Notes: generated by a model not told the origin, from the letters alone. 63,798 nt of DNA, filler included, from Octopus bimaculoides (GCF_001194135.2; 5 parts of 5 records of this genome joined end to end with filler, not necessarily neighbours in it), one strand, 5' to 3'; counted from the first letter of the whole stretch, positions 12,015 through 24,239 are shown. Made by a program: numbers and translations.

Positions 12015-13000
12015 ATAATAATAATAATGATAAGGCAGAATGCTAAACTGAAAGTATATTTTAATATAGATGTGCATAAGGAGGATTAAAAAGGCAACAC
12101 AAATATTTGGAAAAACTCTTAACTAATGCCAAACTACAGACACCACTTCCACCCCCATCAGTTAAAAAATGTGCATGCCCTAATTGTGGTACCTGCCCCT
12201 ACCTACTTGAAGGCTCTGAATTTACCTTCGAACAAGGAACAAGGTTTAAAATCAAGACCAACTTCTCTTTTTCCTCTGGGAACCTCATTTATGTCCTCAT
12301 ATGCGCAGGTTGCCAACTCAACTATAGCGGAGAAGAGTAGCAGTCCATAAAGAACAAATAAATCTTCCACAACTCCGCTAAATTCCACTCAGTGGCCACA
12401 TAGACTCTTGTGCCAAAAGTAAAAACCCTAAATTCCTTATATTCCCTTTCTATCAATTTAACGACAGAATCTCTACACAAGAAAGAATCAACAAGGAGAA
12501 TCTTTTTATAGAGAAATTCCAAACACTTCTTAACATACAAACTCCTCAGTGACCATATTCCCTTCTCTCGCCTACCCATTGAAATACATATAAATTTACT
12601 TCTTGTTTCTCTAAGAACAGACATAAACTTCCTGTTGACAAAGAGTCCAGAACTCCAACTAAAGAGTATAAAACCCACAGAATTGTCTTCCCTTACACAC
12701 ACTTCCTGTTTAACACATAAACTCTCAACCTTTTTTAAACACATGATTCTTAATTCCATGCATCCTAATCTATCTAACAATTATCTACATGGATTACCAT
12801 TGAACTTTAAAAACTCAAAGACAATATAATGTATTGGTATATTTATTTTTTTTATATATTTTTTATATTTTTGTAAAAAACAATATTTTCATTTCCCCTC
12901 TTCTTGAAAATTTGCCATGCAATGAAAGCTGGTTAGAAATCCTTTTTAATCCTCCTTATGCACTTTCAGTTTAGCATTCTGCCTTATTATTATTATTTGT
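12015..13000 (+). mobile_element. Penelope-like retroelement 3' fragment with GIY-YIG endonuclease and inverted terminal segment
   Basis: KCACPNCGTCPYL...NLIYVLICAGCQLNYSGE...ENLFIEKFQTLLN (frameshifted); 12015-12094 is the reverse complement of 12941-12996 apart from an 18-nt insert. Confidence 0.9.
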
Positions 13001-13149
13001 TATTTTCCTATATATATACACACACATATGTATATCAACACGAAGAGATGCAGCATGAAGTTTTCTCAGTGAACAGGTCGCAGTTTCAAAATGATAAAAA
13101 TATTTTGATAGAAATTAAATTTAAATGTTGATGTGAAACTAATGCCCCT

Positions 13150-13383
13150 TCCCTCTTTCAAATGAGTCCACAACCTGCGTGACCTCCTGGTCCACAGTTT
13201 TTTCCTTAACCCCACCTCCCAACCTGGTTCATTCCTCTGCTTCCACTCACACTGCTGCACTTACCCCTATCACTCCAACACAACCATCCTCACAGGCATC
13301 CATCATCGTCCCTATCATATCTCCACTTCTAGCAACGTCATTTACTGCATCTCCTTTCCTTTCTGCCCTTCTCTGTACATTGG
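13150..13383 (+). mobile_element. Second-family Penelope-like GIY-YIG fragment
   Basis: HNLRDLLVHS...PGSFLC...SSNVIYCISFPFCPSLYIG; truncated where the family C copy begins. Confidence 0.8.
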
Positions 13384-13384
13384 A

Positions 13385-13570
13385 AGCTGGAAGGCTGCAC
13401 CAGACTCCAGTCTGATTTGGCATGGTTTTCTGTGGTTGGATGCCCTTCCAAATACCATCCATTCCAAGAGTGTAATGGATGCCATCTATATGCATTTGTG
13501 TGACACTGGGGTGCATTTACAGGCCACTGGCATGGGAGCCAATTTGCATGACACTGGTATCCTCCATGAC
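13385..13570 (-). mobile_element. Family C retroposon fragment
   Basis: Reverse complement resembles 3600-3680. Confidence 0.65.
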
Positions 13571-13620
13571 TGCCATTTTGCTTGGCTTGATTATTATTAT
13601 TATTATTATTACCATCATCA

Positions 13621-13667
<47 letters not shown>

Positions 13668-14607
13668 CATATATATATAAATGTATATACACATTTATAT
13701 ACATACACAAACACCCACATACACATACATACATGTACACATAGATACATACATGCATATACCTATATGCATATATATATAAATATATAGAGAGGAGGGA
13801 GAGATGTGAAAGAGAGAAAGTGGGAGAGAGGAAAGAGAAAGAAGGAGAGCATTATTATGAAAAAGGATGATCGTGATGTGTGATTCAATTTTGTGATAAA
13901 TATTAAAAGTGACACAAATATAAGACATTCAGCTAAATGTCAGATCAACTGATTACTGTCACTTCAAAAAAATAAATAGGATAAATGAAAGGTAATTCAT
14001 ATGAATTCATTGCAAAATAGCAGACAATTCTTTGAAAGAATCAAATTATATTCTAGGTAAAACTAGAATTAATTGACAGGTGAGAGGGCTTTGACCTAAT
14101 GTGTCTCACCATGGTACATTTAATATTGTCACTCTATAAGCAGCTGTCTTCTTCCTTATCATTGGATAATTTGTTTTGATGTTTGTGTAGAAAAAAATCT
14201 GTTGGTGTTGAACTATAACACATTTGGTGTGAGGAAAATAATTTTACAGCTTAAAGAGAATTATATTTGTGTAGTGTTCTTTGGTACCGAAGGCACCCAG
14301 GAAAACACTGGAAATTTGAGGATAAAAGAGTTTATCAACGTTCGGATGATTGTAGGTGCAATCCCTTGATAATTCATGATTGATGGGTGTTTTTACTCTC
14401 ACAGCAAATGTAATAGTTTATCATACATTTGCAAAAGATACCAGCTCATCAGCCTCTTCCATTTTCTGTTACCTTTCATAATTTTTTGAAGAAAGATGTT
14501 TTAACCCCAAAATATTGAAACATAAAGAAAAACTGTAAATTAGTTTCGTTTCAGTTTGCTTTTCTATTCATACCTTTATTTCCAACTAACATTATACTAC
14601 CTTTTTC

Positions 14608-14878
14608 AGGTGGTGAGCTGGCAGAAACATTAGCACACCAAGTGAAATGCTTAGCGGAATTTCGTTTGTCTTTACATTCTGAATTCAAATTCCGCAGAGG
14701 TTAACTTTGCCTTTCATCCTTTCAGGGCCGATAAATTAAGTACCAGTTGTATACTGGGGTCGATCTAATTTCATCGCTTTTCGGATAAATAAAATAGTTG
14801 AGCACTGGGGCTGATGCAAATTGACTTAACCCTACCCTGAAATTGCTGGCCTTGTGCCAAAATTTGAAATCAATAATT
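14608..14878 (+). mobile_element. SINE family A (composite, two partial bodies)
   Basis: ggtgagctggcagaaacattagc head, B box, ggccttgtgccaaaatttgaaatc tail. Confidence 0.8.
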
Positions 14879-15060
14879 TAACAATCCCGATGCCACGTAA
14901 ATAGCATCCAGTCCAAATTATGAAGTGGTTGGCATTTGGAAGGGCTATGGACGGGGCTCTTTGAGCTGGGGAATGAATGGAATACTTGGTGTATGTCTTG
15001 TTGTGGCTACTCACTCCTAAAGAATGGGAATAAGCCTGAGTATATATATATATATATATA

Positions 15061-15350
15061 TAAAGAATAAAAAGTTTAGAATGGTACAACAATGCACTAT
15101 AGAACAAAAAATGGACTATATACCTGTTGTAATTTGGTTATCTATAGTCCGATGATATTTCGGAATTACAATTCTTTCTTCAGATCTTCTTAGCTGGAGT
15201 CTCTGCTATAAACTAATAAGATCTGAAGAAGGAATTGTTATTCTGAAATATCATCGGACTATAATGACTGAAACCAAATTACAATAGGTATATAGTCCAT
15301 TTTTTGTTCTATAGTGCATTGTTGTACCATTCTAAACTTTTTATTCTTTA
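15061..15350. mobile_element. 290-bp fold-back with a hammerhead-like core in each arm (probably Penelope pLTR-derived)
   Basis: Arms 15061-15188 and 15218-15350 are near-perfect reverse complements around a 29-nt loop; each reads GAU-CUGAAGA-A-(G/A)GAAU-UGU(U/A)-AUUC(U/C)-GAAA-UAUC-AUC on its own strand. Confidence 0.8.
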
Positions 15351-15779
15351 CAAACAATACACAATGCTTCAAGCGAACTACAATACTCTCCTATATATAT
15401 ATATATCTGTTCTTGTTTACACTTTCACACTCCGAAAAACGTTCCAAATTATACTAATTTGCTTTATGGGAAGGACTGTTCCAATGAAGTCGTGTATTGT
15501 CCTTGCCTTTGAAACGTGGAGTAGATGGAACAGGGGCAACTGAAGAAGGGAAATATTCTTTATGTTGCATGTTTCGTTTCTCTGTTTGTTTTTTTCGTTG
15601 TTCAAAAAAAGTTTGTTTTCTGTCTTCGTTTTTATGTTTTTGTTTCTCATTGTGTTTAACATTTTTTGTGATGTCCTGTACCCATATATACATGTACGTA
15701 TACATATAGATGTTGGTATGTACATATATGTATGGATATATGCATATATTTATATATTATTTATGTTATTATATCTGTA

Positions 15780-15980
15780 TATGGCTATGTGTGTGTGCCT
15801 TTGTGTTTGTGTTTGTCCCCCACTTGACAACTGGTGTTGGTTTGCTTACAGCCTCCTAAGTTAGTAGTTCAGAAATAGAAACCAATAGAACAAGTACCAG
15901 GCTTTAAAAAAAGTATATACTGGGTTTGATTCATTTGGCTATAAATTCTAATGACTGAAACCAGTGAAAGATAAAGCATA
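15780..15980 (+). mobile_element. SINE family B, 3' half
   Basis: tttgtccccc..cttgacaactggtgttgg...gactgaaaccagtgaaag. Confidence 0.7.
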
Positions 15981-16330
15981 AAAGATATCAGACAATGCTT
16001 CAAGCAAACTATGCTGTTCTAGTATATATACACATTTTATTAATTTGTCCCCTGCAGTCTACTTTCTGCAACCTGGGTAAAAGGTTCTTTAGGAATTGTT
16101 AAGTAACCTGTTTATTTGGTGCTTGTCCTTAACAGCTGAAATCCCTCACAGTGCTTAATTGAAACGCAATGCACACGAACATGACTCTTGGATATCCATA
16201 ATCCTCACTGTACTTGAGTAACAATTCACTCAACTTTAAGTATTTCACAGAGTGTTTAAGTATTAATTTAACTCTATAAATTTAACTTCAGAAACAATTA
16301 CCAGATAATCTGAGAATATCAAATGAGATA

Positions 16331-16551
16331 TAAGGTAGCGAGCTGGCAGAATCATTAGCACACCGGGCAAATTGCTTCGAAGCATTTTGTCCATCTTTGC
16401 GTTCTGAGTTCAAATTCTGCTGAGGTCGATTTTGCCCTTTATCCTTCTGGGGTCGATAAAATAAGCTACCAGTTGAGTACTGGGGTTCATTTAATTGACT
16501 TACTCCCTCTCCCGAAATTGTTGGTTTTGTACTAAAATTTGAAACCAATAT
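16331..16551 (+). mobile_element. SINE family A, full length
   Basis: aaggtagcgagctggcagaatcattagc...gagttcaaattc...aaaatttgaaacc. Confidence 0.85.
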
Positions 16552-16729
16552 TAAATGAAATATAGTAGTATCTTGCACAGAGTGGGATTATGTGAAGCCA
16601 AACACAAAGAGAAATATAGTTACAGTCCTCTATAGTTGTGATCCAGCATAGAGAGGCATCAAGTTATTATATAACATAGATATTTAGCTACCACCCTATG
16701 CAGAAATATAGCAATATAGAAACATAGAT

Positions 16730-17030
16730 GGAGGCATGGCTGTGTAGTAAGAAGCTTGTTTCCAAGCCAAATGGTTCCAGGTTCAGTCTCACTGCATAGC
16801 ACCTTACGTAAGTGTCTTCTAATTTAGCCTCAAACCCACTAAATTCTTGTGAGTGGATTTGGTTGAGAGAGCCTGAAGGAGGTTCATCATGTGTGTGTGT
16901 GTGTTTGTGCTTGTGGTTTTCCCCACCACCACAACCACTTGACAGCTGGTGTTGGTTTGTTTACATCCTGGTAACATAGCAGTTCAGCAAAAGAGACAGA
17001 TATTGTAAGTACAAGGTTAAAAAAAACTAA
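16730..17030 (+). mobile_element. SINE family B, degenerate and 3' truncated
   Basis: ggcatggctgtgtagtaagaagcttg...ggttcagtctcactgc head plus central CA/GT tract. Confidence 0.75.
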
Positions 17031-17039
17031 ACATCTCGA

Positions 17040-17320
17040 TCCTTTGTCATCTTCTCCACGAAACTCAGTTTTGTTAACATTAAGGCGTTTGATTCTAGAT
17101 TTTGCTTCCATAACTGAAATTACTTTAATTCTACTGTAGATTCAGCTATAATAACAAGGCCAACAGCATAGAGAAGTTCCAATGAGCAACCAACTTTAAA
17201 TCCGTCTCTTATGATCTGGAGGACTATAATAAAGAAAAGGGGGCTGAGAACAATGTGTTGGTGAACTCCTACCCTAACTCTGCATGCTAAACTCATTGCT
17301 ATACTCAATGCTGACTTTCA
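17040..17320 (-). mobile_element. RTE-clade LINE reverse transcriptase fragment
   Basis: VRVGVHQHIVLSPLFFIIVLQIIRDGFKVGCSLELLYAVGLVIIAES (degenerate QG..LSP and YADD motifs), then WKQNLESKRLNVNKT. Confidence 0.85.
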
Positions 17321-17454
17321 CCTTATCGACAGGCTGGAGCTTTTCATCAGCAACAAACTTGGTTGCATAGTTGGGTTGTTGGTGAGTAAACTGACAACCC
17401 TATCAAGCTTGTTTGGTGAGGAGGCTGATTGTTGGACACCCTGGAGGACAAGTT

Positions 17455-17590
17455 TATTATTCTTATATACAAGAATGTTGTTGACAACAACTTCAAAGTT
17501 TTGGCTAGTTAAGCTAATGTTGGATGATGGCTTACCTGACCAAAACTTCAAAGTTACTGTCAACAGCATTCTTGTATAAGAATTATAAAT
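17455..17590. repeat. ~135-bp imperfect hairpin, possible MITE
   Basis: attcttatatacaagaatgttgttgacaacaacttcaaagttttggctagttaagc pairs with gcttacctgaccaaaacttcaaagttactgtcaacagcattcttgtataagaat; ~15-nt loop. Confidence 0.75.
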
Positions 17591-17892
17591 ATATAGTATA
17601 TACACACATATATTATTTTTTCAATGTTTACTGAGTGTCTTGAAATGGAACATAACATGTAATTCAGCATTGCTAAATTGAAATATGGCAGAACAGCAGC
17701 AAATTGAGATATGCAAAGAAATATTTTACAATACTTATCATTATCTATATGCAATTTTCTCTAATCGTACAAATCTATATATATGTACACAGATGCATAT
17801 ATAGAAACATACATACACTCACACACACATATGTACATGCTTAAATGCATGCATATGAACACACATGTATGCAAACACATACATACAATGAG

Positions 17893-17949
<57 letters not shown>

Positions 17950-18434
17950 ACATACACACAGACACATCTCATATTCATTATGTTTGCATTCCATTTAGAA
18001 TATGTTTGCTTATTAATTATTTTGTTATATCCAGAATGCTGACAGAAAATGGGAACTGTTAAGGTCTCCCAGCACTTACAGTAGTGAACAACTTTACTGA
18101 AATAATTATTATTCCATGTTTGCAATGCAGAAATTCAGAGCCAGTTACTTAAGCAGATCAGCCAGCTGTCATTGCACCAAACACACGCATTGCCCTGCCA
18201 ACTCTGGATGTTCCATGACAATTACAAATGTTAATCACACAGCTATGTGGATAACTCTGCCAATTAAGAATGTCAATCCACAAACTAAATATGTTAGTCC
18301 TTCAATTAAGGATGTTTCTGTGACAAATACAGGCATTTACTACCTCAGATATATATATGTTACTCTGCCAGATCGACTTCTTTCTTTGACAGTCACAGAT
18401 ATTGATCTGCCATCAAAGGATATTGCTTTGGCAG

Positions 18435-18550
18435 ATTTAGTTGTCACTTAGATAGAGGAGAGACAAATGATGCGTCTGCTTGGAAATATATAGCTGACAA
18501 TTATTTAGATGAAAATGATGTTGATCCAGAAGATATACTATATGTTCCAG
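18435..18550 (+). CDS. Candidate coding exon, weak death-domain-like pattern
   Basis: ttgctttggcag| FSCHLDRGETNDASAWKYIADNYLDENDVDPEDILYVP |gtatta; 116 bp, open; LD...W..IA..L spacing resembles death-domain helices 1-2 (inference). Confidence 0.3.
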
Positions 18551-19329
18551 GTATTATGTCACTAATTATCTGTGAAGGATATTTCCAACAAAAGTTCAAA
18601 TTGATCATAATTATACATTTGATTGTTTATTCTTCCGGTATGAAATATCATTGACGTATATATCAATTAGTTAATTTTGACTTAAATGTTTGGTTTGGCA
18701 ATGAATAAAAGAGAGAAGCAGTGAATGGTAAGAAATCACTGCTGTATAAAATGACAAATCTGAAACAAAATATAATACAATAAATAACAGACTCAAAGGA
18801 AGAGAATAAAAACCTATGCAAGAAAATATATATTTTCATTCAAGATCTAAATTACACTATCAGTATATATAGAACAAAGAATTGTGATAATTGCTTCAAC
18901 CTAACTTTTGGAAAATATATAAATTATACATAATCACTTTCTAAATGATATCAGGTAGGTTTTCCATTTGAAATGATAATTAAACAACTCTAATTGGAGT
19001 TCAGAAAATTTTTCATTTAAAAAATTAAGAAAAGGACATATTTGAATATCTATTTTCTTTTTTTTTCAAGAAAGAGAATTTTAAAATGTATGTAAAATGA
19101 GAATGTTTTAAAATTAAAATTTAAAAGTTTTTCTAATTGGAAAGAATACTTCAACAGTTTTGTTAATTGCAATATTAAGTATTTGCCAATTTCAACTTGA
19201 AACATTTAGAATCATTTGGTATAAAGATCAAAACATTTTTAATTAAAATAATAAATATTTTCTAAATGAAATCTTATATAGATTCAATATCATTTCTAAT
19301 AATTTTCTTTGATACTAGCAAAGTGTGAA

Positions 19330-19607
19330 ATAAACTGACAAACAACATTCTAGTTGAGACATTTACTTGATATAAGTTATATGGCATGAGAGGCTAAGGG
19401 GTTGCTGGCACTTGCCCAATGTGCCACCCAGTCTACGTACGGAAGGAGCAACTTAGTCTCCCTTTTATAACTGACAAACACCATTTTAGTTGAGACATTT
19501 ACTTGATATAAGTTATATGGCATGGGAAGCTAAGGGGTTGCTGGCACTTGCCCAATGTGCCACCCAGTCTACGTACATACGGAGCGACTTACTCTCCCTT
19601 TTATAAC
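19330..19607. repeat. Direct tandem duplication, 136-bp period
   Basis: ctgacaaac...cccagtctacgtac...ctcccttttataa starts at 19335 and again at 19471. Confidence 0.9.
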
Positions 19608-19732
19608 CTGTCACTGATGTGGGTGCTGTACCATACCATGAAGATATTAGCAGTCGAACGTTGGATAACCAACAAAGTGGAGGAGTCCTAGACCAATGAC
19701 ATGAAAGTTATTGCTTGCCAAGCAGAAGATCT

Positions 19733-19959
19733 GGCGAGCTGGCAAAATCGTTAGCATGCCGGGCGAAATTCTTAGCGGTATTTCGTCTGCCGCTAGGTTT
19801 TGAGTTCAAATTCCACCAAAGTTGACTTTGCCTTTCATCCTTTTGGGATCGATTAAATAAGTAACAGTTACGCACTGGAGTTGATATAATCGACTTAATC
19901 CGTTTGTCTGTCCTTGTTTGTCCCCTCTGTGTTTAGCCCCTTGTGGGCAGTAAAGAAAT
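19733..19959 (+). mobile_element. Full-length SINE family A with Tx1-like tail and 7-bp TSD
   Basis: AAGATCT flanks both ends (19726-19732 and 19960-19966). Confidence 0.9.
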
Positions 19960-20731
19960 AAGATCTATGCCATCAGACGATGTTTGGGCATTAATTAGCA
20001 AGTGAGGTGCGACAGTGGGGAAGCCTCATTGCTGACCATGTGTGTTGCATTCTTGTACACTGTTTGGCATAGAGGCCCAGAGAGGCAGCCTGGGTCGGGG
20101 GTGTAACACCAACTACTTTATACGCTGTCAAAAAGTGTTAAGTTCAAATGAAATGGAACAAACACAGACACAAACACACACACATACACATTTATACATA
20201 TACACATCAGGCTTCTTTCAGTTTCTATCCACCGAATCTGCACACTAGGCTTTGGCCAGCCTAAGACTATAACAGGAGATACTTTCTCAAGTATCTGTGT
20301 CAGTCCCCACCACTGCTTGTCAACCAATGTTGGTGTGTTCACATCCCTGTAAACACACCAGGCTTGAAGAAAACATGGACGGGGCTCAATACATTTGAAT
20401 TAAACTGCTTCAAGCTGGTCCCGCTGCATGGCCACAGGCAAATGACAGACAGTCACTGCTGACAACGATGCGTTAAATACAACATTAGTTTCTGACATTG
20501 ATTGAGGAAGCCTAAATACTTGACTGATATTTGTGTGGTATCAACCCTGACAGGATGAACAGCAAAGCTGACACAGGAAGGATTCGAACTCAGAGCACAT
20601 AGGACTGTAAAAAATTTTGACAAAACATTATGTTTGGTTATCTCAATTCTTCAAAATGAAGTTATTTGAATTATTAATTTTGTTGACAGTCTGTTCTTTT
20701 TATATAAATCATCAAATGATGTCTGAAGCAA

Positions 20732-20765
<34 letters not shown>

Positions 20766-20788
20766 NNNNNNNNNNCTCTCTCTCTCTC

Positions 20789-20822
<34 letters not shown>

Positions 20823-21799
20823 ACTGCTCCCTCTTTCTCACTGTCTCCCTTTCTGTCTGTCGGTCTGTTTGTCTGTCAGTCTCTCTGTCTGTCTCTATTT
20901 TTGTCTGTCTGTCTGTCTGTCCCTCTCTCTCTCTCTCACTCTCTTTTTCTCCTTCTGTTCCTCTCTCTCACTCTCTCTTTCTGTATCTGCCTCCCTCTTT
21001 CCCTTTCTTTGCCTCTCCCACTCTCTCTCCCTCTTTGTCAGTCTCTCTGTCTGTCTGTCTCTCTCCAACTGCCCCCCCTCTCTCTCAGTATATCTTTATC
21101 AATACACTATGTCCCATTAATAAGACAAACGTTTAAATTTTAGAAATCTTGAAATGCTGTCTTGCATACACAATATCTGGTGTGTATATTTATGTGTACA
21201 ATATGTTATATTTAACTATCAAGCGACAAGTGTTTATTGTTCACAAAACATTTTCATTCAACATGTGTGTCTGTGTGTTTGGATATATGTATGTTATATG
21301 TGTGCGCATGTGTATTTATGTGTATGTGTGTGCATTTGAGTTTATGCATGTTCTTCTATGTATGTGCATGTGTGCGTGTTTGGGTTTATGTATGTTCTAT
21401 GTGTGCTTATGTATTTATATGTATGTGTGTGTGTGCAATTGATTATATGTATGTTCTATATGTGTGCATGTGTGTTTATGTGTATGCATGTGTGTGTTTG
21501 GGTATATGTATGTTCTTCTGCATGTGTGCATGTGTATGCATGTGTGTGACGTGTGTGTTTGCCTTTCTATGCACAAAATGTTGATATTTCATATTTCTGT
21601 GTCTCAAATACTTTCTGAATACCTAATTTCCAGCAATGTCCATCATCAAAAACTGAGCGACTTGTGAATACGAAGAAAAGCAGCTTTACTTCATTAAATG
21701 CTGCTTAATCTCCAGTCAGCCCTAATCTAGGGTCAAAAGCATTATAATCTGAAATACCCCCCTTTTTATTTTTTATTTACTTTCTTCCTGAGATATTCT

Positions 21800-22100
21800 C
21801 TATATTTTTATCTTGTCTTTTACATGTTTCAGTCATTAGGCTGTGGCCATGCTGGAGCAGTGACTTGGAGAATTTTTAGCTAAATGAATCAACTGCAGTA
21901 CTTTGTTTTGTTTAAGCCTCATGCTTATTCTAGCTGTCTGTTTTGCTGAACTGCTAAGTTATGGGGATGTAAAGACACAAACACCGGTTGACAAGCAGTG
22001 GTGGGGAACAAACACATACACAACAGGCTTCTTTCAGTTTCCATCCACCAAATCCACTCACAAGGCTTTGGTCAGCCTAAGGTTACAGTGGATGACATTT
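21800..22100 (-). mobile_element. SINE family B, 5' truncated
   Basis: Reverse complement of the family B body and 3' tail. Confidence 0.75.
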
Positions 22101-22937
22101 GCCTAAGTACTTGAGTTTGTCCCCACCACTGCTTGACAACTGGTGTTGGTGTGTTTATGTTCCCGTACTTGCTACAGTCCTTTGGCTTGCCAGCTGTTGT
22201 CAAATTGTCCAACTACCATGGAAGACAGACGTTAAATGATGATGATGTGTATATANNNNNNNNNNNNNNNNNNNNNNNNNNNNNNNNNNNNNNNNNNNNN
22301 NNNNNNNNNNNNNNNNNNNNNNNNNNNNNNNNNNNNNNNNNNNNNNNNNNNNNNNNNNNNNNNNNNNNNNNNNNNNNNNNNNNNNNNNNNNNNNNNNNNN
22401 NNNNNNNNNNNCACATACACAACAGGCTTCTTTCAGTTTCCATCCACCAAATCCACTCACAAGGCTTTGGTCAGCCTAAGGTTACAGTGGATGACATTTG
22501 CCTAAGTACTTGAGTTTGTCCCCACCACTGCTTGACAACTGGTGTTGGTGTGTTTATGTTCCCGTACTTGCTACAGTCCTTTGGCTTGCCAGCTGTTGTC
22601 AAATTGTCCAACTACCATGGAAGACAGACGTTAAATGATGATGATGTGTATATATATATATATATGCTATCTTAGTGGTGATCTTGTCTGGAATCTGGAG
22701 AGTTGTGCCGACCCTACTGAATAGGCTTCGGTCTTAGAGCCAAAGCCATCAACAGCATATGGATATCACGAATGCCACTTTTGTAAGTATGTGTACACTT
22801 ATGTGCATTGACTGCAGTATCAGAGCACTTAAGCTCTTATTTCTAGCATTGTAGGTGTTCTCAGTCATTGTTAATGACAATTATAGTTTTCCTTTCAGGT
22901 GATACATAACTAAACAGCTGCCTTATTTAATTATTTA

Positions 22938-22973
<36 letters not shown>

Positions 22974-23186
22974 TATATTTATATACTGATATATATAAAT
23001 GGATAGTTGCAGGAAGCAATCAAAATTTTAGAAACAATAAATAAGGAAATATATATTAATATATACATATACACACATATACCCACTTAAATGTGTACAC
23101 ATAAGCACATGTGCGTGCACACACACAGATACACACACACACACACACATACACACACACATACTAGTTTTTATGATAAAGTACAT

Positions 23187-23286
23187 NNNNNNNNNNNNNN
23201 NNNNNNNNNNNNNNNNNNNNNNNNNNNNNNTTAATTAATTAANNNNNNNNNNNNNNNNNNNNNNNNNNNNNNNNNNNNNNNNNNNN
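23187..23286. other. Artificial 100-bp scaffold spacer (N44-TTAATTAATTAA-N44)
   Basis: The same 12-mer sits mid-gap at 23231, 53257, 56107 and 62148 and gives stops in all six frames. Confidence 0.95.
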
Positions 23287-23317
<31 letters not shown>

Positions 23318-23564
23318 CATATATATATATATATACATATATATGCATATACTCATGTATTGTTTATATATATATATATATATACATCTACACACGTACA
23401 TATGAGATGCTAACGTGCTTAGTGCATAGTGCATAGTGCATAGTGCATAGTGCATAGTGCATGTAAAGAAAAGATCAAGAAACGGACAGAAAATGGCCGA
23501 ACAGATAGATATGAATTGCGAATAAAGCAAACCAACAGAAAGTAAGAAAGTATGTGTATTTTAT

Positions 23565-23602
<38 letters not shown>

Positions 23603-23722
23603 GCGTGTGCATGTGTGCGTGTGTGTATGCGTATATGGGTGTGAGAGAGTTGAGCAAGTTAAGAAGCTGAGAAAAAAGAGAGTAAGCTATAAAAGAGGAA
23701 CATATATACTCTCTCGCCATCT

Positions 23723-23754
<32 letters not shown>

Positions 23755-24239
23755 ATGTATATATATATATGTATAAAGAGAAGCCTGGAGGAAGAAAGAG
23801 AGAGAGAGAGAAAGAGAGAGGGAGAGAGAGAAAGAAAGAGGGAGAAGAGAGATCTAACAAGTTGGGTTAAGACTTACATACTTATAGGTACATGGAATAA
23901 AATGTTGATAGAGAGAAAAAGGGAAAAAAAAACATATAAATAAATCGATAGTCCATCCAATAAATAAAAAAGATGGAGAAAGATAGAGGGGGAGGAGAGG
24001 GAGGAGGAGAGTTAAAAGAGGCAGAGTGAAAAACACGTCGAAAGAATGAATTTCAAGTAAAAGATCATAGAACTTCAAAGGATATTTGAAGCTTTATCTT
24101 GAGAACAGAATATTTTTGCACGAGATAGAAGGGATGAAAGGAAATTATAGGATCCAGTTCAAGAGCAACATGGAACAAATATTGAATATCGTTAGACGTG
24201 TATAGATCTGCTGGTACAGTGTCCTAGCTTCTCAAATAG

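Noticed and set aside
14250-14355. Possible plus-strand exon LKENYICVVFFGTEGTQEN (Ku/vWA- or PWWP-like FFGT)
   Set aside because: Weak donor (GTGCAA), stop just beyond, and the motif is too short to separate from chance.
21990-22650. Exact ~240-bp direct repeat flanking the gap at 22256-22411
   Set aside because: Essentially identical copies on either side of an N-run indicate an unmerged contig overlap.
23231-23242. TTAATTAATTAA islands inside gaps (also 53257, 56107, 62148)
   Set aside because: Identical 12-mer centred in 100-bp gaps; an assembly spacer, not biology.
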